A stretch of DNA of 64,000 nucleotides from Terriglobia bacterium (lineage in GTDB: Bacteria > Acidobacteriota > Terriglobia > JAJPHL01 > JAPKYU01): assembly GCA_965206645.1 (NCBI GenBank), contig CBDBKE010000004.1, positions 2,112,001-2,176,000 on the forward strand, written 5' to 3'. The notes beneath the pieces were generated by a model. It was not told the DNA's origin. It made no database searches and saw only the letters and a program-made list of their open reading frames with translations. Shown here piece after piece: positions 39,221-50,199 of this stretch; the first letter of the stretch is position 1; every line of letters starts with the position of its first letter. A program made the translations under genes and the position numbers.

Positions 39221-40327
39221 TTAAGCCACGGTGGTCACTTCCTGTTTGAGTTTTTCGGCTTGGAAGTGAGTCGTTAGGGCCTCCACCAGCGGCGTTAGCT
39301 TGCCGTCCATCACCTGGTCCAGTTGGTGGAGGGTGAGGCCGATGCGGTGGTCGGTGACGCGGTTCTGGGGAAAGCTGTAGGTGCGGATCTTCTCGCTGCG
39401 ATCCCCCGAGCCGACCATGGCCCGGCGCTCCTGCGCCACCGCCCGCTGCTGCTTTTCGCGCTCCAACTCGTAGAGCCGCGCCCGCAACACGCGCATGGCC
39501 TTGGCCTTGTTCTTGATCTGCGACTTCTCGTCCTGGCAGGTCACCACCAGCCCCGTGGGCAGGTGGGTGAGGCGCACTGCGGAGTAGGTGGTGTTCACCG
39601 ACTGGCCGCCCGGGCCGGAAGAGCAGAAGGTGTCCACTCGCAGGTCCTTGGGGTCAATCGCCACCTCCACTTCCTCGGCCTCAGGCAGCACCGCCACCGT
39701 GACCGCCGAGGTGTGGACGCGGCCCTGCTGCTCGGTCTGCGGCACGCGCTGTACCCGGTGCACTCCGCTTTCGTACTTCAGACGGCTATACACGCGCCGC
39801 CCTTCGATGACCACGATGATTTCCTTCAGTCCGCCGATACTGGAGGCGCTGCTGGAGATGACATCCACCTTCCAGCTCTGGGTTTCGGCGAAGCGGGCGT
39901 ACAGCCGGAAGATTTCGGCGGCAAACAGGCTGGCCTCGTCGCCGCCGGTGCCGGCGCGGATTTCCACCACCACGTTCTTTTCGTCGTGGGGATCCGTGGG
40001 GATCAGCAAGGACTTCAACTGTTGCTCCGCCGCGCCGATGCGTTCCTCCAGGTGGCGCAGTTCCTGCTCGGCCAGGGCGCGCATCTCGGGGTCGGCGTCG
40101 TCTAGCATGGCGCGGGTACCGGCCACGCCCTGCCGCAGGCCCTTCCACTCGCGGTATTTCTCGACAACCTCGCCCAGCTCCGAGTGCAGGCGGGCCAGCT
40201 TCTGGTAGCGTGCCCCGTCGGCCAGCACCGCAGGGTCAGCTAGCTGCTGGCTGAGAACCTCGTAGCGGGCCTCGATCTGGTCCAGCTTGTCAATCACCGG
40301 CTTGTCAACCAATTGCTTCTCGCTCAT
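39221..40327 (-). CDS. prfA: Peptide chain release factor 1
   Basis: [14 protein letters not shown] (PxT) motif, [11 protein letters not shown]. Confidence 0.98.
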   Translation of the reverse strand: MSEKQLVDKPVIDKLDQIEARYEVLSQQLADPAVLADGARYQKLARLHSELGEVVEKYREWKGLRQGVAGTRAMLDDADPEMRALAEQELRHLEERIGAAEQQLKSLLIPTDPHDEKNVVVEIRAGTGGDEASLFAAEIFRLYARFAETQSWKVDVISSSASSIGGLKEIIVVIEGRRVYSRLKYESGVHRVQRVPQTEQQGRVHTSAVTVAVLPEAEEVEVAIDPKDLRVDTFCSSGPGGQSVNTTYSAVRLTHLPTGLVVTCQDEKSQIKNKAKAMRVLRARLYELEREKQQRAVAQERRAMVGSGDRSEKIRTYSFPQNRVTDHRIGLTLHQLDQVMDGKLTPLVEALTTHFQAEKLKQEVTTVA

Positions 40328-40389
40328 AAAATAACGCTACCCAAACAAAACCCTCCGCCGGGCGGAGGGTCAGTAGAACTCGGAGTCTG

Positions 40390-41427
40390 CTAGGCGATCA
40401 CCAGGTCGCCGCCGCGCTGCTGCTCTAGCGCCATGGCTTCCTCCAGCGCGTGGATGGCCACCTCCAGTTGGTCGTCGGCCGGCGGCTTGGTGGTGATTCG
40501 CTGGAGCCACAGCCCCGGAGCCACCATCGAGGCCCACAACGTCCCCTGCCGCCGCGCCGCGAAGCGGATCAGCTCAAAGCTGACCCCGGCAATCAGTGGC
40601 AGTAGCGCAACCCGCACCAGGAAGCGCATTCCGAACGACTCCACCGGAATCAGCGTGTAAATGCCCAGGCTGAGCAGCATCACCACCAGCAGGAAGCTGG
40701 TGCCGCAGCGCGGGTGCAGCGTCGTAAAGGCGCGGGCGTTCGCCACACTGACCGGCTGCCGCGACTCAAAGTTGAACACTACCTTGTGTTCGGCCCCGTG
40801 ATACTCGAACACCCGCCGGATCTCGCTCCAGCGGGAAACTAACAGCAGGAAGGTCAGAAACAGGGCAATCCGGATCAGCCCGTCCACCAGGTTGAACACG
40901 AAATGGTTCTCCAACGCCGCAACGTACTGCTGGAGCCGGGTGGTGAGGAACAGCGGCACAAACTTGTACAGAAAAATGAAAAAGCCCAGGCTGAAGGCCA
41001 GATTGGCGGCCATGACCCAGGAGCTGACCTCTCCCTTGCCTTTTGCCTTGCCGCGACCGCCTTCGGCGGTGTTTTCCGCTGCGTTTTTCGCGGCATTTTC
41101 GGCGACATTTTCAGACTCCAGGGCGCTGTTGGCGGAGAAGCGCAGCGAACGAATACCCAGCACCAACGCTTGCCCCATAGTTCCCAGCCCGCGCAGGACA
41201 GGGATCTTCCACAACCGCCGGCGTTCGGAAGGGCGCACCAACGGGCCGGTCTGTGTGGCCAATTCGCCGGAGGGTTTGCGCACCGCCACGCAGTAGGCGT
41301 GCGGTGCGCGCATCATCACGCCCTCGATCACCGCCTGGCCGCCCACCAGCACCTCTTCGCCGCCTTCCATGGCCGGAAGCAGTTGCAGGCTGGCCGCCAG
41401 ACGAAGGTTCCGTTTCAGTCGGCTCAT
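40390..41427 (-). CDS. DUF1385 membrane protein
   Basis: GGQAVIEGVMMR, YHGAEHK, HPRCGTSF. Confidence 0.93.
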   Translation of the reverse strand: MSRLKRNLRLAASLQLLPAMEGGEEVLVGGQAVIEGVMMRAPHAYCVAVRKPSGELATQTGPLVRPSERRRLWKIPVLRGLGTMGQALVLGIRSLRFSANSALESENVAENAAKNAAENTAEGGRGKAKGKGEVSSWVMAANLAFSLGFFIFLYKFVPLFLTTRLQQYVAALENHFVFNLVDGLIRIALFLTFLLLVSRWSEIRRVFEYHGAEHKVVFNFESRQPVSVANARAFTTLHPRCGTSFLLVVMLLSLGIYTLIPVESFGMRFLVRVALLPLIAGVSFELIRFAARRQGTLWASMVAPGLWLQRITTKPPADDQLEVAIHALEEAMALEQQRGGDLVIA

Positions 41428-41526
41428 CTTCTTGATTATACCTGAAAGCAGCACGGCGCTATAATACGCTCGCCGTTTACCCCAGGCGAAGCGCAAGCAA
41501 CCAGAACTCGCCCCAAGGAGCGCCCC

Positions 41527-41841
41527 ATGCCCGAGGATGTATTCTCTGGAGCACGCAGAGATCAAGAAAAGTACTTCTACGAGCGAGACCGAGAATTGGT
41601 TGAGAAGCTGCGCTCGAAAGCCGAAGCCGAGCGGCGCGAGTTGGAGCGTAAGCATCGAAAGGAAACCCACTGGATGAAGTGCCCCAAGTGCGGCCACGAC
41701 TTGGAAGAGACCGAGATGGGGCCGTTGTTGGTGGACAAGTGCAAAGACTGCGGTGGCGTCTTCTTCGATGCCGGCGAGCTGGACATGTTACTAGCCGCCG
41801 AGAAGGAAGGCTCCATTCTTCGCCGAATCTTCCGGCGCTAG
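41527..41841 (+). CDS. zf-TFIIB zinc-ribbon protein with charged N-terminal helix
   Basis: CPKC...CKDCGGVFFDAGEL; AAGGAG RBS. Confidence 0.9.
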   Translation: MPEDVFSGARRDQEKYFYERDRELVEKLRSKAEAERRELERKHRKETHWMKCPKCGHDLEETEMGPLLVDKCKDCGGVFFDAGELDMLLAAEKEGSILRRIFRR

Positions 41842-41943
41842 TAGCAGGTGTCAGGTTGCAGTTCTCCTGAGGTTTAAGTCTCCCTCACCGTGTCTCTTTG
41901 CGGCAATCCTGACACCTGAAACCTGACGCCTGAGACCTTGCTC

Positions 41944-43593
41944 ATGCCCACTCCTTGGACGCAGGTTTATTACCCCTGGGGGCCGGGGTTGTGGCCCCTG
42001 TCAACGTTGGCGGCCGTGCTGCCGGTGCTGGTGCTGTTCACCTTCCTGCTGAAACATGCCCGGCCGCACATCGCCGCCATCGCCGGCGCGCTGACGGCCC
42101 TGCTTTGCTCAATCGCGCTGTTTGGGATGCCGGCGCCGCTGGCGCTGGCATCCTTCAGCTTTGGCGGCGCCTTCGGTCTGCTGCGCATCTGCTGGATCGT
42201 GCTGAATGCCGTGTTCCTCTACGACATTACGGTGGCCAGCGGGCAGTTCGACGTCATGCGCGCTTCGGTGGGCTCCATCTCCGCCGACCGGCGGCTCCAG
42301 GCGCTGCTGATAGCCTTCAGCTTCGGGGCGTTCATCGAGGGCGCCGCTGGCTTCGGCGCTCCTGTAGCCATTTCGGCGGCGATGATGGCCGGTCTGGGGT
42401 TCAACCCGTTTAAGGCGGCGGCCCTGTGCCTGATCGCCAACACCGCGCCGGTGGCTTTCGGCGCCCTGGGCACCCCGGTCCACACGCTGGCGCTGGTGAG
42501 CGGGCTGAACGAGAGCGACCTGTCGGCCATGAACGCGCGCATTCTGCCGCTGGTTTCCCCCATCGTCGCCTTCTGGCTGGTGCGCGCTATGGTGCCCTGG
42601 AAGCAAACCTTCCAGGTGTTGCCCGGCATCCTGGTCACCGGCCTCAGCTTCGGGGTCGTGCAGTTCTACTGGGGTAACTATCAGGACAGCAACCTGGTGG
42701 ACATCATGGCCGGAATTGCGGCGCTGCTGGCCACCGTCGTCTTTCTCCGCTTCTGGCAGCCCAAGGAAATCTGGCGCTTCCCGGAGGAACGCGGAACGGC
42801 CGTGGTCGGCCACGACTACACCCGCAAGCAGGTGCTGAGGGCCTGGATGCCCTTCGCCATCCTGACTCTTTTCGTGCTTCTGTGGGGTTTCATCCAGCGC
42901 CCGCTGGACAGCTACACACGAATTGACTTTCAGTTTCCCGTGCTGCACAACGCCGTGTGGCGGGACGCGCCGGCGGTGCCGGAAAAAACGCCGGAGGCGG
43001 CCGTCTACCGGTTTGCCTGGCTGTCGGCCACCGGCACGGCGGCTTTCTTCTCGGCCGTTTTATCCGGGCTGCTGCTGGGGATGAGCCCGCGGCGCATCTT
43101 CCAAATTTTTGGGCACACGGTCTACCGCATGCGCTTTGCCCTCACGGCCATCTTCTTCATGCTGGGACTGGCCTACGTGACCCGTTACTCCGGCATGGAT
43201 GTCGTGCTGGGCCTGGCCTTCACCCGCACCGGCGCGGTCTACCCGTTCTTCGCTGCCTTCCTGGGGTGGCTGGGCGTGGCGCTGACAGGCAGCGACACCT
43301 CCTCCAATGCCTTGTTCGGCAGCCTGCAGCGGATCACCGCCGAGCAGCTCAGCTTGGACCCCATCCTGATTGCCTCAGCCAACAGCACCGGTGGAGTGAT
43401 GGGCAAGATGATTGACGCGCAGAGCATTGTGGTGGCGGCGGCGGCCACCAACATCGTCGGGCGGGAGGGAGAGCTGCTGCGCTACGTCTTCTGGACCAGC
43501 GTGGCGCTGGTCTCCGTGGTCGGCGTCATCATCCTGCTTTACGCATACGTGTTTCCGCAGTTCGTCCCCCACGGCCTCACCTTCATGCAGTAG
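41944..43593 (+). CDS. lctP: L-lactate permease
   Basis: FIEGAAGFGAP, ANTAPVAFGALG, TGSDTSSNALF, GGVMGKMI. Confidence 0.93.
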   Translation: MPTPWTQVYYPWGPGLWPLSTLAAVLPVLVLFTFLLKHARPHIAAIAGALTALLCSIALFGMPAPLALASFSFGGAFGLLRICWIVLNAVFLYDITVASGQFDVMRASVGSISADRRLQALLIAFSFGAFIEGAAGFGAPVAISAAMMAGLGFNPFKAAALCLIANTAPVAFGALGTPVHTLALVSGLNESDLSAMNARILPLVSPIVAFWLVRAMVPWKQTFQVLPGILVTGLSFGVVQFYWGNYQDSNLVDIMAGIAALLATVVFLRFWQPKEIWRFPEERGTAVVGHDYTRKQVLRAWMPFAILTLFVLLWGFIQRPLDSYTRIDFQFPVLHNAVWRDAPAVPEKTPEAAVYRFAWLSATGTAAFFSAVLSGLLLGMSPRRIFQIFGHTVYRMRFALTAIFFMLGLAYVTRYSGMDVVLGLAFTRTGAVYPFFAAFLGWLGVALTGSDTSSNALFGSLQRITAEQLSLDPILIASANSTGGVMGKMIDAQSIVVAAAATNIVGREGELLRYVFWTSVALVSVVGVIILLYAYVFPQFVPHGLTFMQ

Positions 43594-43744
43594 AGTCGGT
43601 GGAGAGCCTTCAGCGAAATCAGGCAGAGCACGCTGGTGCACAGCAGGCGTACCGCGCGGCTGTAGTTCTGTTCCAGGTAGCCGTAGTTGGTCACGGCAAT
43701 CTCGGATTGCGGATTTCGGAATGGCAGATCGCCGGCTGTTTCTC

Positions 43745-44851
43745 TCACAAATCGGAACAGGCTGGATAGCCTGGAATCCCCTTGGCATGCAGGATGGCGG
43801 AGACCACGGCAGCTGCGACTACCTCGGCGGCCAGCGGTCCAACGATGCCCTGCGGGCCGGCCCCGAGGAAACTGGGCGCGCGCCCCGCGGCCAGTTTCAG
43901 CTTTCCGGTGGCCACAGCAAACAAGGTGTCTCCATCGGCCCGCGTGTGCACCGGTTGGATCGCCCGCGCCAGCCCGTCGTGCGCCATCTGGGCTACCTTG
44001 TTGGCTTCAGCCTTGGTGAGCGCTGCATTCGTGGCCACCACGCCGATGGTAGTGTTCTGTTTCTGCTTCCGGGAGCTCGGTTTAAAGGAAGGCAGTTTTC
44101 CCTTGCGCAACAGGGCCATCACGTCGGCCAGTCGGTTGCCGCCGGCGGTCCGCGCACCCGCCAGCAGCTTGCCGCGCCGATAGTCGAAAATATCGCCGAC
44201 TGCGTTCACAGCCACCAGCGCCGCCACCACCAGGCCGCCCGGCAGTCGCAAGCTGGCGGTGCCCAGGCCGCCTTTCATGGCGCGCTCACGTCCCAGCAGC
44301 TTGCCGACGGTCGCCCCGGCGCCGGCACCCACATTTCCCTGCTCGAGCTTGGCCCGCGGGCCGCCTCGGGCAGCCTTGCAGGCTTTGTAGCCGGACTCGG
44401 CGGTAGGCCGAATGGCGCTGTCGCCTACCAGCAGGTCAAACAGAATCGCGGCCGGGACAATGGGCACCCGAACGCGCCCCACCCGATACCCGATGCCTTT
44501 CTCTTCCAAGTAGCGCATCACCCCGTCGGCCGCGGCCAGGCCGAAGGCGCTACCGCCGGAGAGTACCAGGGCATGTACCTGTGACACCGTATTGACGGAA
44601 TTCAGCAGGTCGGTCTCGCGCGTACCGGGCGCCCCTCCCCGAACGTCCACGCCGGCGACTGCTCCCTCTTCGCACAATACGACGGTGCAGCCGGTGGGAC
44701 GCCGGTTGTGAGTAAAGTGGCCCACCTTCATGCCTTGGACATCGGTGAGCGAGCCGTTGGGTTCCCAGCCCTCCAGGTCCTGCCCCGTCGCGCAATCACT
44801 GGAAACCGGCATGCCCAAGAGCGGCACCGCTAGGAATCCCCGTCGTTTCAC
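43745..44851 (-). CDS. P1/S58 (DmpA-like) peptidase with Tat-like leader
   Basis: RRGFL, DVRGGAPGTRE, GGSAFGL, GNVGAGAG, NTTIG, HTRADGD. Confidence 0.9.
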   Translation of the reverse strand: MKRRGFLAVPLLGMPVSSDCATGQDLEGWEPNGSLTDVQGMKVGHFTHNRRPTGCTVVLCEEGAVAGVDVRGGAPGTRETDLLNSVNTVSQVHALVLSGGSAFGLAAADGVMRYLEEKGIGYRVGRVRVPIVPAAILFDLLVGDSAIRPTAESGYKACKAARGGPRAKLEQGNVGAGAGATVGKLLGRERAMKGGLGTASLRLPGGLVVAALVAVNAVGDIFDYRRGKLLAGARTAGGNRLADVMALLRKGKLPSFKPSSRKQKQNTTIGVVATNAALTKAEANKVAQMAHDGLARAIQPVHTRADGDTLFAVATGKLKLAAGRAPSFLGAGPQGIVGPLAAEVVAAAVVSAILHAKGIPGYPACSDL

Positions 44852-45030
44852 CTCGTCTCCTGTTTTCCTCTCCTTCTTTTTGTCGCACGCTTACTCTCTC
44901 CCACTATCATAGCCCTCCGCTAAGGAGGATTTTGCTGCCGATCGGACAAGGTGGCCACCCAGCACAATCTAGGAAACTGCGGCGTCTCGTCGCTCCTGGT
45001 GGTGTATTATGAAATGAGGAAGTGGTATTG

Positions 45031-46026
45031 ATGCCTGATGAACAATTGAAGATCGCGGTATTTGTTGATTTCGACAACGTCCAGATTGGAGTGCGCGACA
45101 CCCTGAAGCAGGAGTTCGACGTTGCCGCCGTGCTGGAGGCCCTCAAGGAACGAGGCGAGGTGGTCAGCAAGATCGCCTACGGCGACTGGAAGCGCCACGG
45201 AAACGCCAGCCGCAAGATGAGCGAGCAGGCGGTGCAGATGGTACAGCGGGACCCCACGCCACGCGGCGACAAGAACGGGGCCGACATCAACCTGGCCCTG
45301 GACGCGCTGGAAATGGCTTTTACTCGGCCCCACATCAACGCCTACGCGATTGTCGGCGGCGACAGCGACTTCGTCGCCTTGGTGGAGAAGCTGAAGCAAT
45401 ATAACAAGGCGGTGTTCGTGGTTGGGGGGCGGGGTTTTACCAGCTCCATCCTGCAGAGAAACTGCCGGGAGTTCCTCAGCTTCGAGAACCTGGTGCATCA
45501 GCCCGCGCCGTCGCGCCGAGCTTCGGTTCCCCGGCAGCCAACGCGCCGCGGTGTGTCGCTCCCGCTCGAAAACGCGCGGCCGCTACTGGAGCGGGCCCTC
45601 AACGTGCTGGCTGAACGAGAGCACCGGCCGTTGCTGGGTCTGGTCAAGAGCACCATGTTGCAGCTCGATTCCACTTTCAGCGAGCGCGACTACGCGTCCG
45701 GCTCCTTCCTGGACCTCATGCAGAAGATGGCTCAGGCCGGTTTCGTGCAACTGGACCGGGTGGACTCAAATTACACGGTGAAGCTGCCAGAACGGATAAT
45801 CTCCCCACTGCCGGCGCCCTTGCTCCAACCGGAGCCGCCTGAAGCGGCAGCGCCCACTGACGGTGGAGCCACTTCCGCAGGCGATGCCCGCACAGCGGCA
45901 GCGGATCAAGAGCCCCCTGCCATCACCAAAGCAGCTCCTGCCCGAAGTGCGGGCGGCCGCCGCCGCCGACGTTCGTCGGGCGCGCGCCGGCGACCTTCTG
46001 CTGCCCCTAGCGACCAGCCCCAGTGA
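45031..46026 (+). CDS. NYN (LabA/DUF88 PIN-fold) protein with OST-HTH/LOTUS domain
   Basis: VFVDFDN, KNGADINLALD, GGDSDF, DSTFSERDY. Confidence 0.9.
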   Translation: MPDEQLKIAVFVDFDNVQIGVRDTLKQEFDVAAVLEALKERGEVVSKIAYGDWKRHGNASRKMSEQAVQMVQRDPTPRGDKNGADINLALDALEMAFTRPHINAYAIVGGDSDFVALVEKLKQYNKAVFVVGGRGFTSSILQRNCREFLSFENLVHQPAPSRRASVPRQPTRRGVSLPLENARPLLERALNVLAEREHRPLLGLVKSTMLQLDSTFSERDYASGSFLDLMQKMAQAGFVQLDRVDSNYTVKLPERIISPLPAPLLQPEPPEAAAPTDGGATSAGDARTAAADQEPPAITKAAPARSAGGRRRRRSSGARRRPSAAPSDQPQ

Positions 46027-46063
46027 GCCACGCCAAGCTCGGCTGAGCTATCGTGAGCGTTGC

Positions 46064-46618
46064 CTATTGCTGCGTCTCCGGCTTTACCGGAAATTGTTGG
46101 TTATAGACTGCAAGGATCTCGGTGGTGAGATCCACACCAGGCCCGGCATACATGGTTCCCGCGGTGGCGGCGTCAAAAATCGCGGTGTATTGCTTTTCCT
46201 TCCCGTACCTGTTCACGACCTCCAGCAACCGCCCTCGCAAGCGTCCCAGGCCCTCCTCGCGCGCCGCGTTCAGATCGTAGTTGAGGTCTTCATTGAGGCG
46301 CTCTGCCTCTTTCTGCTTCCGCTGGATTTCCAGGGCGCGCTGCTGCCGCTCCGCGCCGGAAACCGCGGGCTGCCTCTGCTGGAATTCCGATTGCAGTTTG
46401 TTCATCTCGGCGGCCAGATCTTGTATCTTCTTTTGCCGCGGCCCGAACTTGCGCTCCATCTCGGCCTGGAATGCTTTGCCTTCCTCACATTCAGCCATGA
46501 CGCGGGTGCTCTCAACCACGCCCAGCTTGCCACTCACCGCCGGTGCCGGAGCCGGGGCCTGACCCACCGCCAGCCAAGTCACCAGCAGCAACATCATCAT
46601 TAGCGGCACTGCTCTCAT
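46064..46618 (-). CDS. skp: OmpH/Skp periplasmic chaperone
   Basis: Signal peptide, KLGVV, long coiled coil, VDLTTEIL. Confidence 0.85.
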   Translation of the reverse strand: MRAVPLMMMLLLVTWLAVGQAPAPAPAVSGKLGVVESTRVMAECEEGKAFQAEMERKFGPRQKKIQDLAAEMNKLQSEFQQRQPAVSGAERQQRALEIQRKQKEAERLNEDLNYDLNAAREEGLGRLRGRLLEVVNRYGKEKQYTAIFDAATAGTMYAGPGVDLTTEILAVYNQQFPVKPETQQ

Positions 46619-46800
46619 CAGCCTCTCCTCCGGCGCCGGAGCGCCTTGTAGGTTTTCTGTCTCTTCTACCATATAAGAACACAGCGGCTTCGGCCAAGAG
46701 GAACTACGGCCAAGAGGAACTCCGGTCTGCTGTGCTCTGTCAGAAAAAGGCAAAGGAGCAGTAGCGCATCACCAGGCTCCTGGCTTACCCTGGAACCTCT

Positions 46801-47703
46801 ATGGCGCCCCCGAAAATTCGCAAGGCGGTCTTTCCGGTGGCCGGCCTCGGAACGCGATTCCTGCCAGCCACAAAAGCGCAGCCCAAAGAGATGTTGCCGC
46901 TGGTGGACAAACCCATCATTCAATATGTGGTCGAGGAAGCGTACCACTCGGGCCTGGACACCATGATCCTGGTGACCGGGCGTGGCAAGACTGCCATCGA
47001 GGACCACTTCGACGTCTCCTACGAACTGGAGAAAATTCTGGAGGAACGGGGAAAGCTCGACCTGCTGGCTCTGGTGCGCCAGATCTCCGACATGATCCAC
47101 ATCTCCTACGTGCGGCAGAAGGAGGCGCTGGGCCTGGGCCACGCCGTCCTGATGGCCCGCGAGCTGGTGGGCCAGGAGCCGTTCGCCGTGCTGCTGGGCG
47201 ACGACATCATCGACGCCTCGGTGCCCTGCCTGCGGCAGATGCTGGACGTCTACGACCGCTGCGGGGAATCCATTGTGGGGATTTACGAGGTGCCCGACGC
47301 GGCCATTTCCGCCTATGGGGTGATCGCAGGGGCCCCAGCGGCACAGGAAAGCAGCGACCGGCTTTATAACGACCGGCTTTATCAAGTCAGCGACCTGGTG
47401 GAAAAGCCGCTCCCAGACCGCACACCTTCCCATCTGGCCATCATCGGCCGCTACATCCTGACCCCGGAAATCTTCGACGAACTGGAGAGAACGCGGCCGG
47501 GCAGCGGAGGGGAAATCCAGTTGACTGACGGCTTGCGCGGCCTGCTCCGCCGAGGCCGGAAAATTTACGGCTACCGCTTCGAAGGCCGCCGGTACGACGC
47601 CGGCGACAAGCTTGGCTTCCTGGTCGCCACTGTCGAGTTTGCTCTAAAGCGAGAGGGGCTGGGAGATGAGTTCCGCGAGTACCTGAAGGGATTGCGTCTC
47701 TAG
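46801..47703 (+). CDS. galU: UTP--glucose-1-phosphate uridylyltransferase
   Basis: AGLGTRFLPATKAQPKEMLP, VEKP, GEIQLTD. Confidence 0.97.
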   Translation: MAPPKIRKAVFPVAGLGTRFLPATKAQPKEMLPLVDKPIIQYVVEEAYHSGLDTMILVTGRGKTAIEDHFDVSYELEKILEERGKLDLLALVRQISDMIHISYVRQKEALGLGHAVLMARELVGQEPFAVLLGDDIIDASVPCLRQMLDVYDRCGESIVGIYEVPDAAISAYGVIAGAPAAQESSDRLYNDRLYQVSDLVEKPLPDRTPSHLAIIGRYILTPEIFDELERTRPGSGGEIQLTDGLRGLLRRGRKIYGYRFEGRRYDAGDKLGFLVATVEFALKREGLGDEFREYLKGLRL

Positions 47704-48185
47704 ACACCGCGTTGGCGCCACCAGGCGCGGATGCGCGCCAGGTGGTCCGCCTCGTGCGTCCAGGCGAACTCCGGCAGCCAGGCGGGCACCGGATAGCGGT
47801 GGGAGGGGTCATCGAGCGCGGCGGGCGGCACGCGGAGTAACGCCCGCACCAGGCTGGCGCGGACGCGCCCGACACGCCGCAAAAGCTCGGCCCAGGACCA
47901 GCGCCGGGCCCGCCGCACCACCCGGGCATTGAAGCGGTCGGCCTCCGCCATGTCGTCAAAGAAGTGGATGTGGTCGCCGCGGCCCCGCCGGATCAGTTCC
48001 AGCCGCCGGGCCCCTTCTTCCTCCCAAGCCACAATGTGCGCGAAGGTGTCCTTCACCGACCACTTCCCTTGAGTGCGTGGTTCCAGGATGGCGCGCTCTG
48101 GAAGGCGCTGGAAAAACCGCAGGCTGGCGGCTCGCGAGCGCTCCATGCGCCGGACTGCCTGCCGACGCCAAGCGACAAGCCGCAC
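47700..48185 (-). CDS. DinB/ClbS-DfsB-like four-helix-bundle protein
   Basis: WSVKDTFAHIVAWE...HEADH. Confidence 0.8.
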   Translation of the reverse strand: MRLVAWRRQAVRRMERSRAASLRFFQRLPERAILEPRTQGKWSVKDTFAHIVAWEEEGARRLELIRRGRGDHIHFFDDMAEADRFNARVVRRARRWSWAELLRRVGRVRASLVRALLRVPPAALDDPSHRYPVPAWLPEFAWTHEADHLARIRAWWRQRGV

Positions 48186-48853
48186 TACTCTTCCTCCGCG
48201 AACAGCGGCGGATTTCGCTTCTGTGGTGCTTGCCGGACGGGGAAGGGAGAAGCGGCTGCCACCGGAGCGTACGTTTTGCGATGCAGCGGAGTGGGGCCGA
48301 ATTGCGCCAACGACCGGAGGTGTTGCGGCGTGGTGTAGCCCTTATTGCGCCCCAAGTGGTACTGGGGATACACGGCATCCCATTCTTGCATCAACTGGTC
48401 GCGGTGCACCTTGGCCACAATGGAGGCAGCGGCGATGGAAACGCTTCGGGCATCGCCGTGAATGAGGGCGCGCTGGGACAGGTCCCAGGGAAGGTCGAGC
48501 CGCAGAGCATCCACTAACACCAAGGCGGGGCGAGGCTCAAGACCGAGCACCGCCTCACGCATAGCGAGCTGGGAGGCCCGGTAGATGTTGATGAGATCAA
48601 TGCGGGCTGCGTCCACGGCGGCCACCACCCAGGCGATGGCCTGCTGCCGGATGCTCGCCGCCAGCCGCTCGCGCACCTCAGGGTCCAGTTGCTTGCTGTC
48701 GTTGATACCGCGGATGCGGCGGGCGGGGTCTAAGATAACAGCCGCCGCCACCACCGGGCCGAACAAGGCGCCACGCCCCACTTCATCTACCCCGGCCACG
48801 TAGCGGTGGCCGGCGGCATAGGCCCGGTTCTCCAGGCGCCAAGTGCAACCCAT
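48185..48853 (-). CDS. rnhB: Ribonuclease HII
   Basis: GVDEVGRG, DSKQL, SIAAASIVAK, NKGY. Confidence 0.97.
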   Translation of the reverse strand: MGCTWRLENRAYAAGHRYVAGVDEVGRGALFGPVVAAAVILDPARRIRGINDSKQLDPEVRERLAASIRQQAIAWVVAAVDAARIDLINIYRASQLAMREAVLGLEPRPALVLVDALRLDLPWDLSQRALIHGDARSVSIAAASIVAKVHRDQLMQEWDAVYPQYHLGRNKGYTTPQHLRSLAQFGPTPLHRKTYAPVAAASPFPVRQAPQKRNPPLFAEEE

Positions 48854-48955
48854 GGAAGTGGGACCAAGGCCATGCTAGTGCCGTCCGAACAATTCCACAA
48901 GAAAATCTCTGTGGCGAGGTCACTGATCTGGTGGGACAGCACTGGACCGGCGATC

Positions 48956-49297
48956 TTATCCCCGTTCGCGGATGCGAGCGGCTTTGCCGCGCCGGCCGCG
49001 CAGGTAGTACAGCTTGGCCCGCCGCACCCGGCCACGGCGCAGCACTTCGATGCGGTCAATCACCTTGGAGTGCACCGGGAAGATACGCTCGACACCTTGG
49101 CCAAAGCTGATCTTGCGGACCGTGAAGGATTTCCCCATTCCCCGGTTCTTACGGGCAATCACGACGCCCTCGAATGCCTGCAGCCGCTCCTTGTCGCCTT
49201 CCTTGATCCTCACGTGCACCCGGACAGTGTCACCTGACCGAAACTCCGGCTGGTCGGCGCGGATGTACTGTTGCGCGATCTTGTCAACGGGATTCAT
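48956..49297 (-). CDS. rplS: 50S ribosomal protein L19
   Basis: [22 protein letters not shown]. Confidence 0.98.
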   Translation of the reverse strand: MNPVDKIAQQYIRADQPEFRSGDTVRVHVRIKEGDKERLQAFEGVVIARKNRGMGKSFTVRKISFGQGVERIFPVHSKVIDRIEVLRRGRVRRAKLYYLRGRRGKAARIRERG

Positions 49298-50069
49298 GTT
49301 GCTTCCTCTCCTGCTGAATTTCCGACAGCAACTGGCGGTCCTCCCCGCTGAGGTTCACTAGCTCCAGGATTTCCGGGCGGTTGCGGACTGTCTTTTCCAG
49401 CGCCTTCTTGCGCCGCCACCGGCGCACTTGCTCGTGGTGCCCCGAGAGCAACGCCTCGGGCGCTCGCAGGCCGCGAAATTCGGCCGGCCTCGTATAGTGG
49501 GGCCAGTCGAGGATCCCGCCGACGGTTGCGGAGCCTTCGGCGAAGGCGAACGATTCGCGCACCGCTGAAAGCTCGTCTCCCAAGGCTCCGGGCAGCAACC
49601 GAGTGACGCAGTCCACCACGATGGCCGCTGGCAGCTCCCCACCGCTCAGCACGTAGTTGCCGATGCACAACTCTTCGTCGGCCAGATGCTCGGCCACCCG
49701 CTCATCCACGCCCTCATAGCGGCCGCAGATCAGCAGAAGGCGCTCGCAGGTGGCCAACTGCGCGGCCCGCCGCTGGGTCAGCAAGCGCCCCTGCGCCGAT
49801 AGCAGAATGATGCTCTGCTTCGGGTCAGAGCCGCGGTCGGCGCCCCACAGGGCTTCAACCGCAGCGAAGATGGGCTCCGGCTTCAGTACCATGCCCTCGC
49901 CCCCGCCAAACGGCCGGTCGTCCACCACCTGGTGGCGCTCGGTGGTAAAGTCGCGCAGGTTGTGCACTCGAACCTCAAGCAAGCCGGCTTCGCGGGCTCG
50001 GCGCAGAATGCCGTGTTCCAAAGGCCCGGCAAAGAATCCGGGAAAAATCGTCAAGATGTCGAAGATCAT
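49284..50069 (-). CDS. trmD: tRNA (guanine-N1)-methyltransferase
   Basis: [25 protein letters not shown]. Confidence 0.98.
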   Translation of the reverse strand: MIFDILTIFPGFFAGPLEHGILRRAREAGLLEVRVHNLRDFTTERHQVVDDRPFGGGEGMVLKPEPIFAAVEALWGADRGSDPKQSIILLSAQGRLLTQRRAAQLATCERLLLICGRYEGVDERVAEHLADEELCIGNYVLSGGELPAAIVVDCVTRLLPGALGDELSAVRESFAFAEGSATVGGILDWPHYTRPAEFRGLRAPEALLSGHHEQVRRWRRKKALEKTVRNRPEILELVNLSGEDRQLLSEIQQERKQHESR

Positions 50070-50199
50070 CAGCTTATGATGGCTTCCTCGGTAGTTAATT
50101 GATTGGTGATTGTTTCATTGACGATTGGTTGATTCGACGATCGAGTGATTCCAGCCAGCGCTTCAAATCGTCACTGTCCAATCTTCAATGATTCAATCC

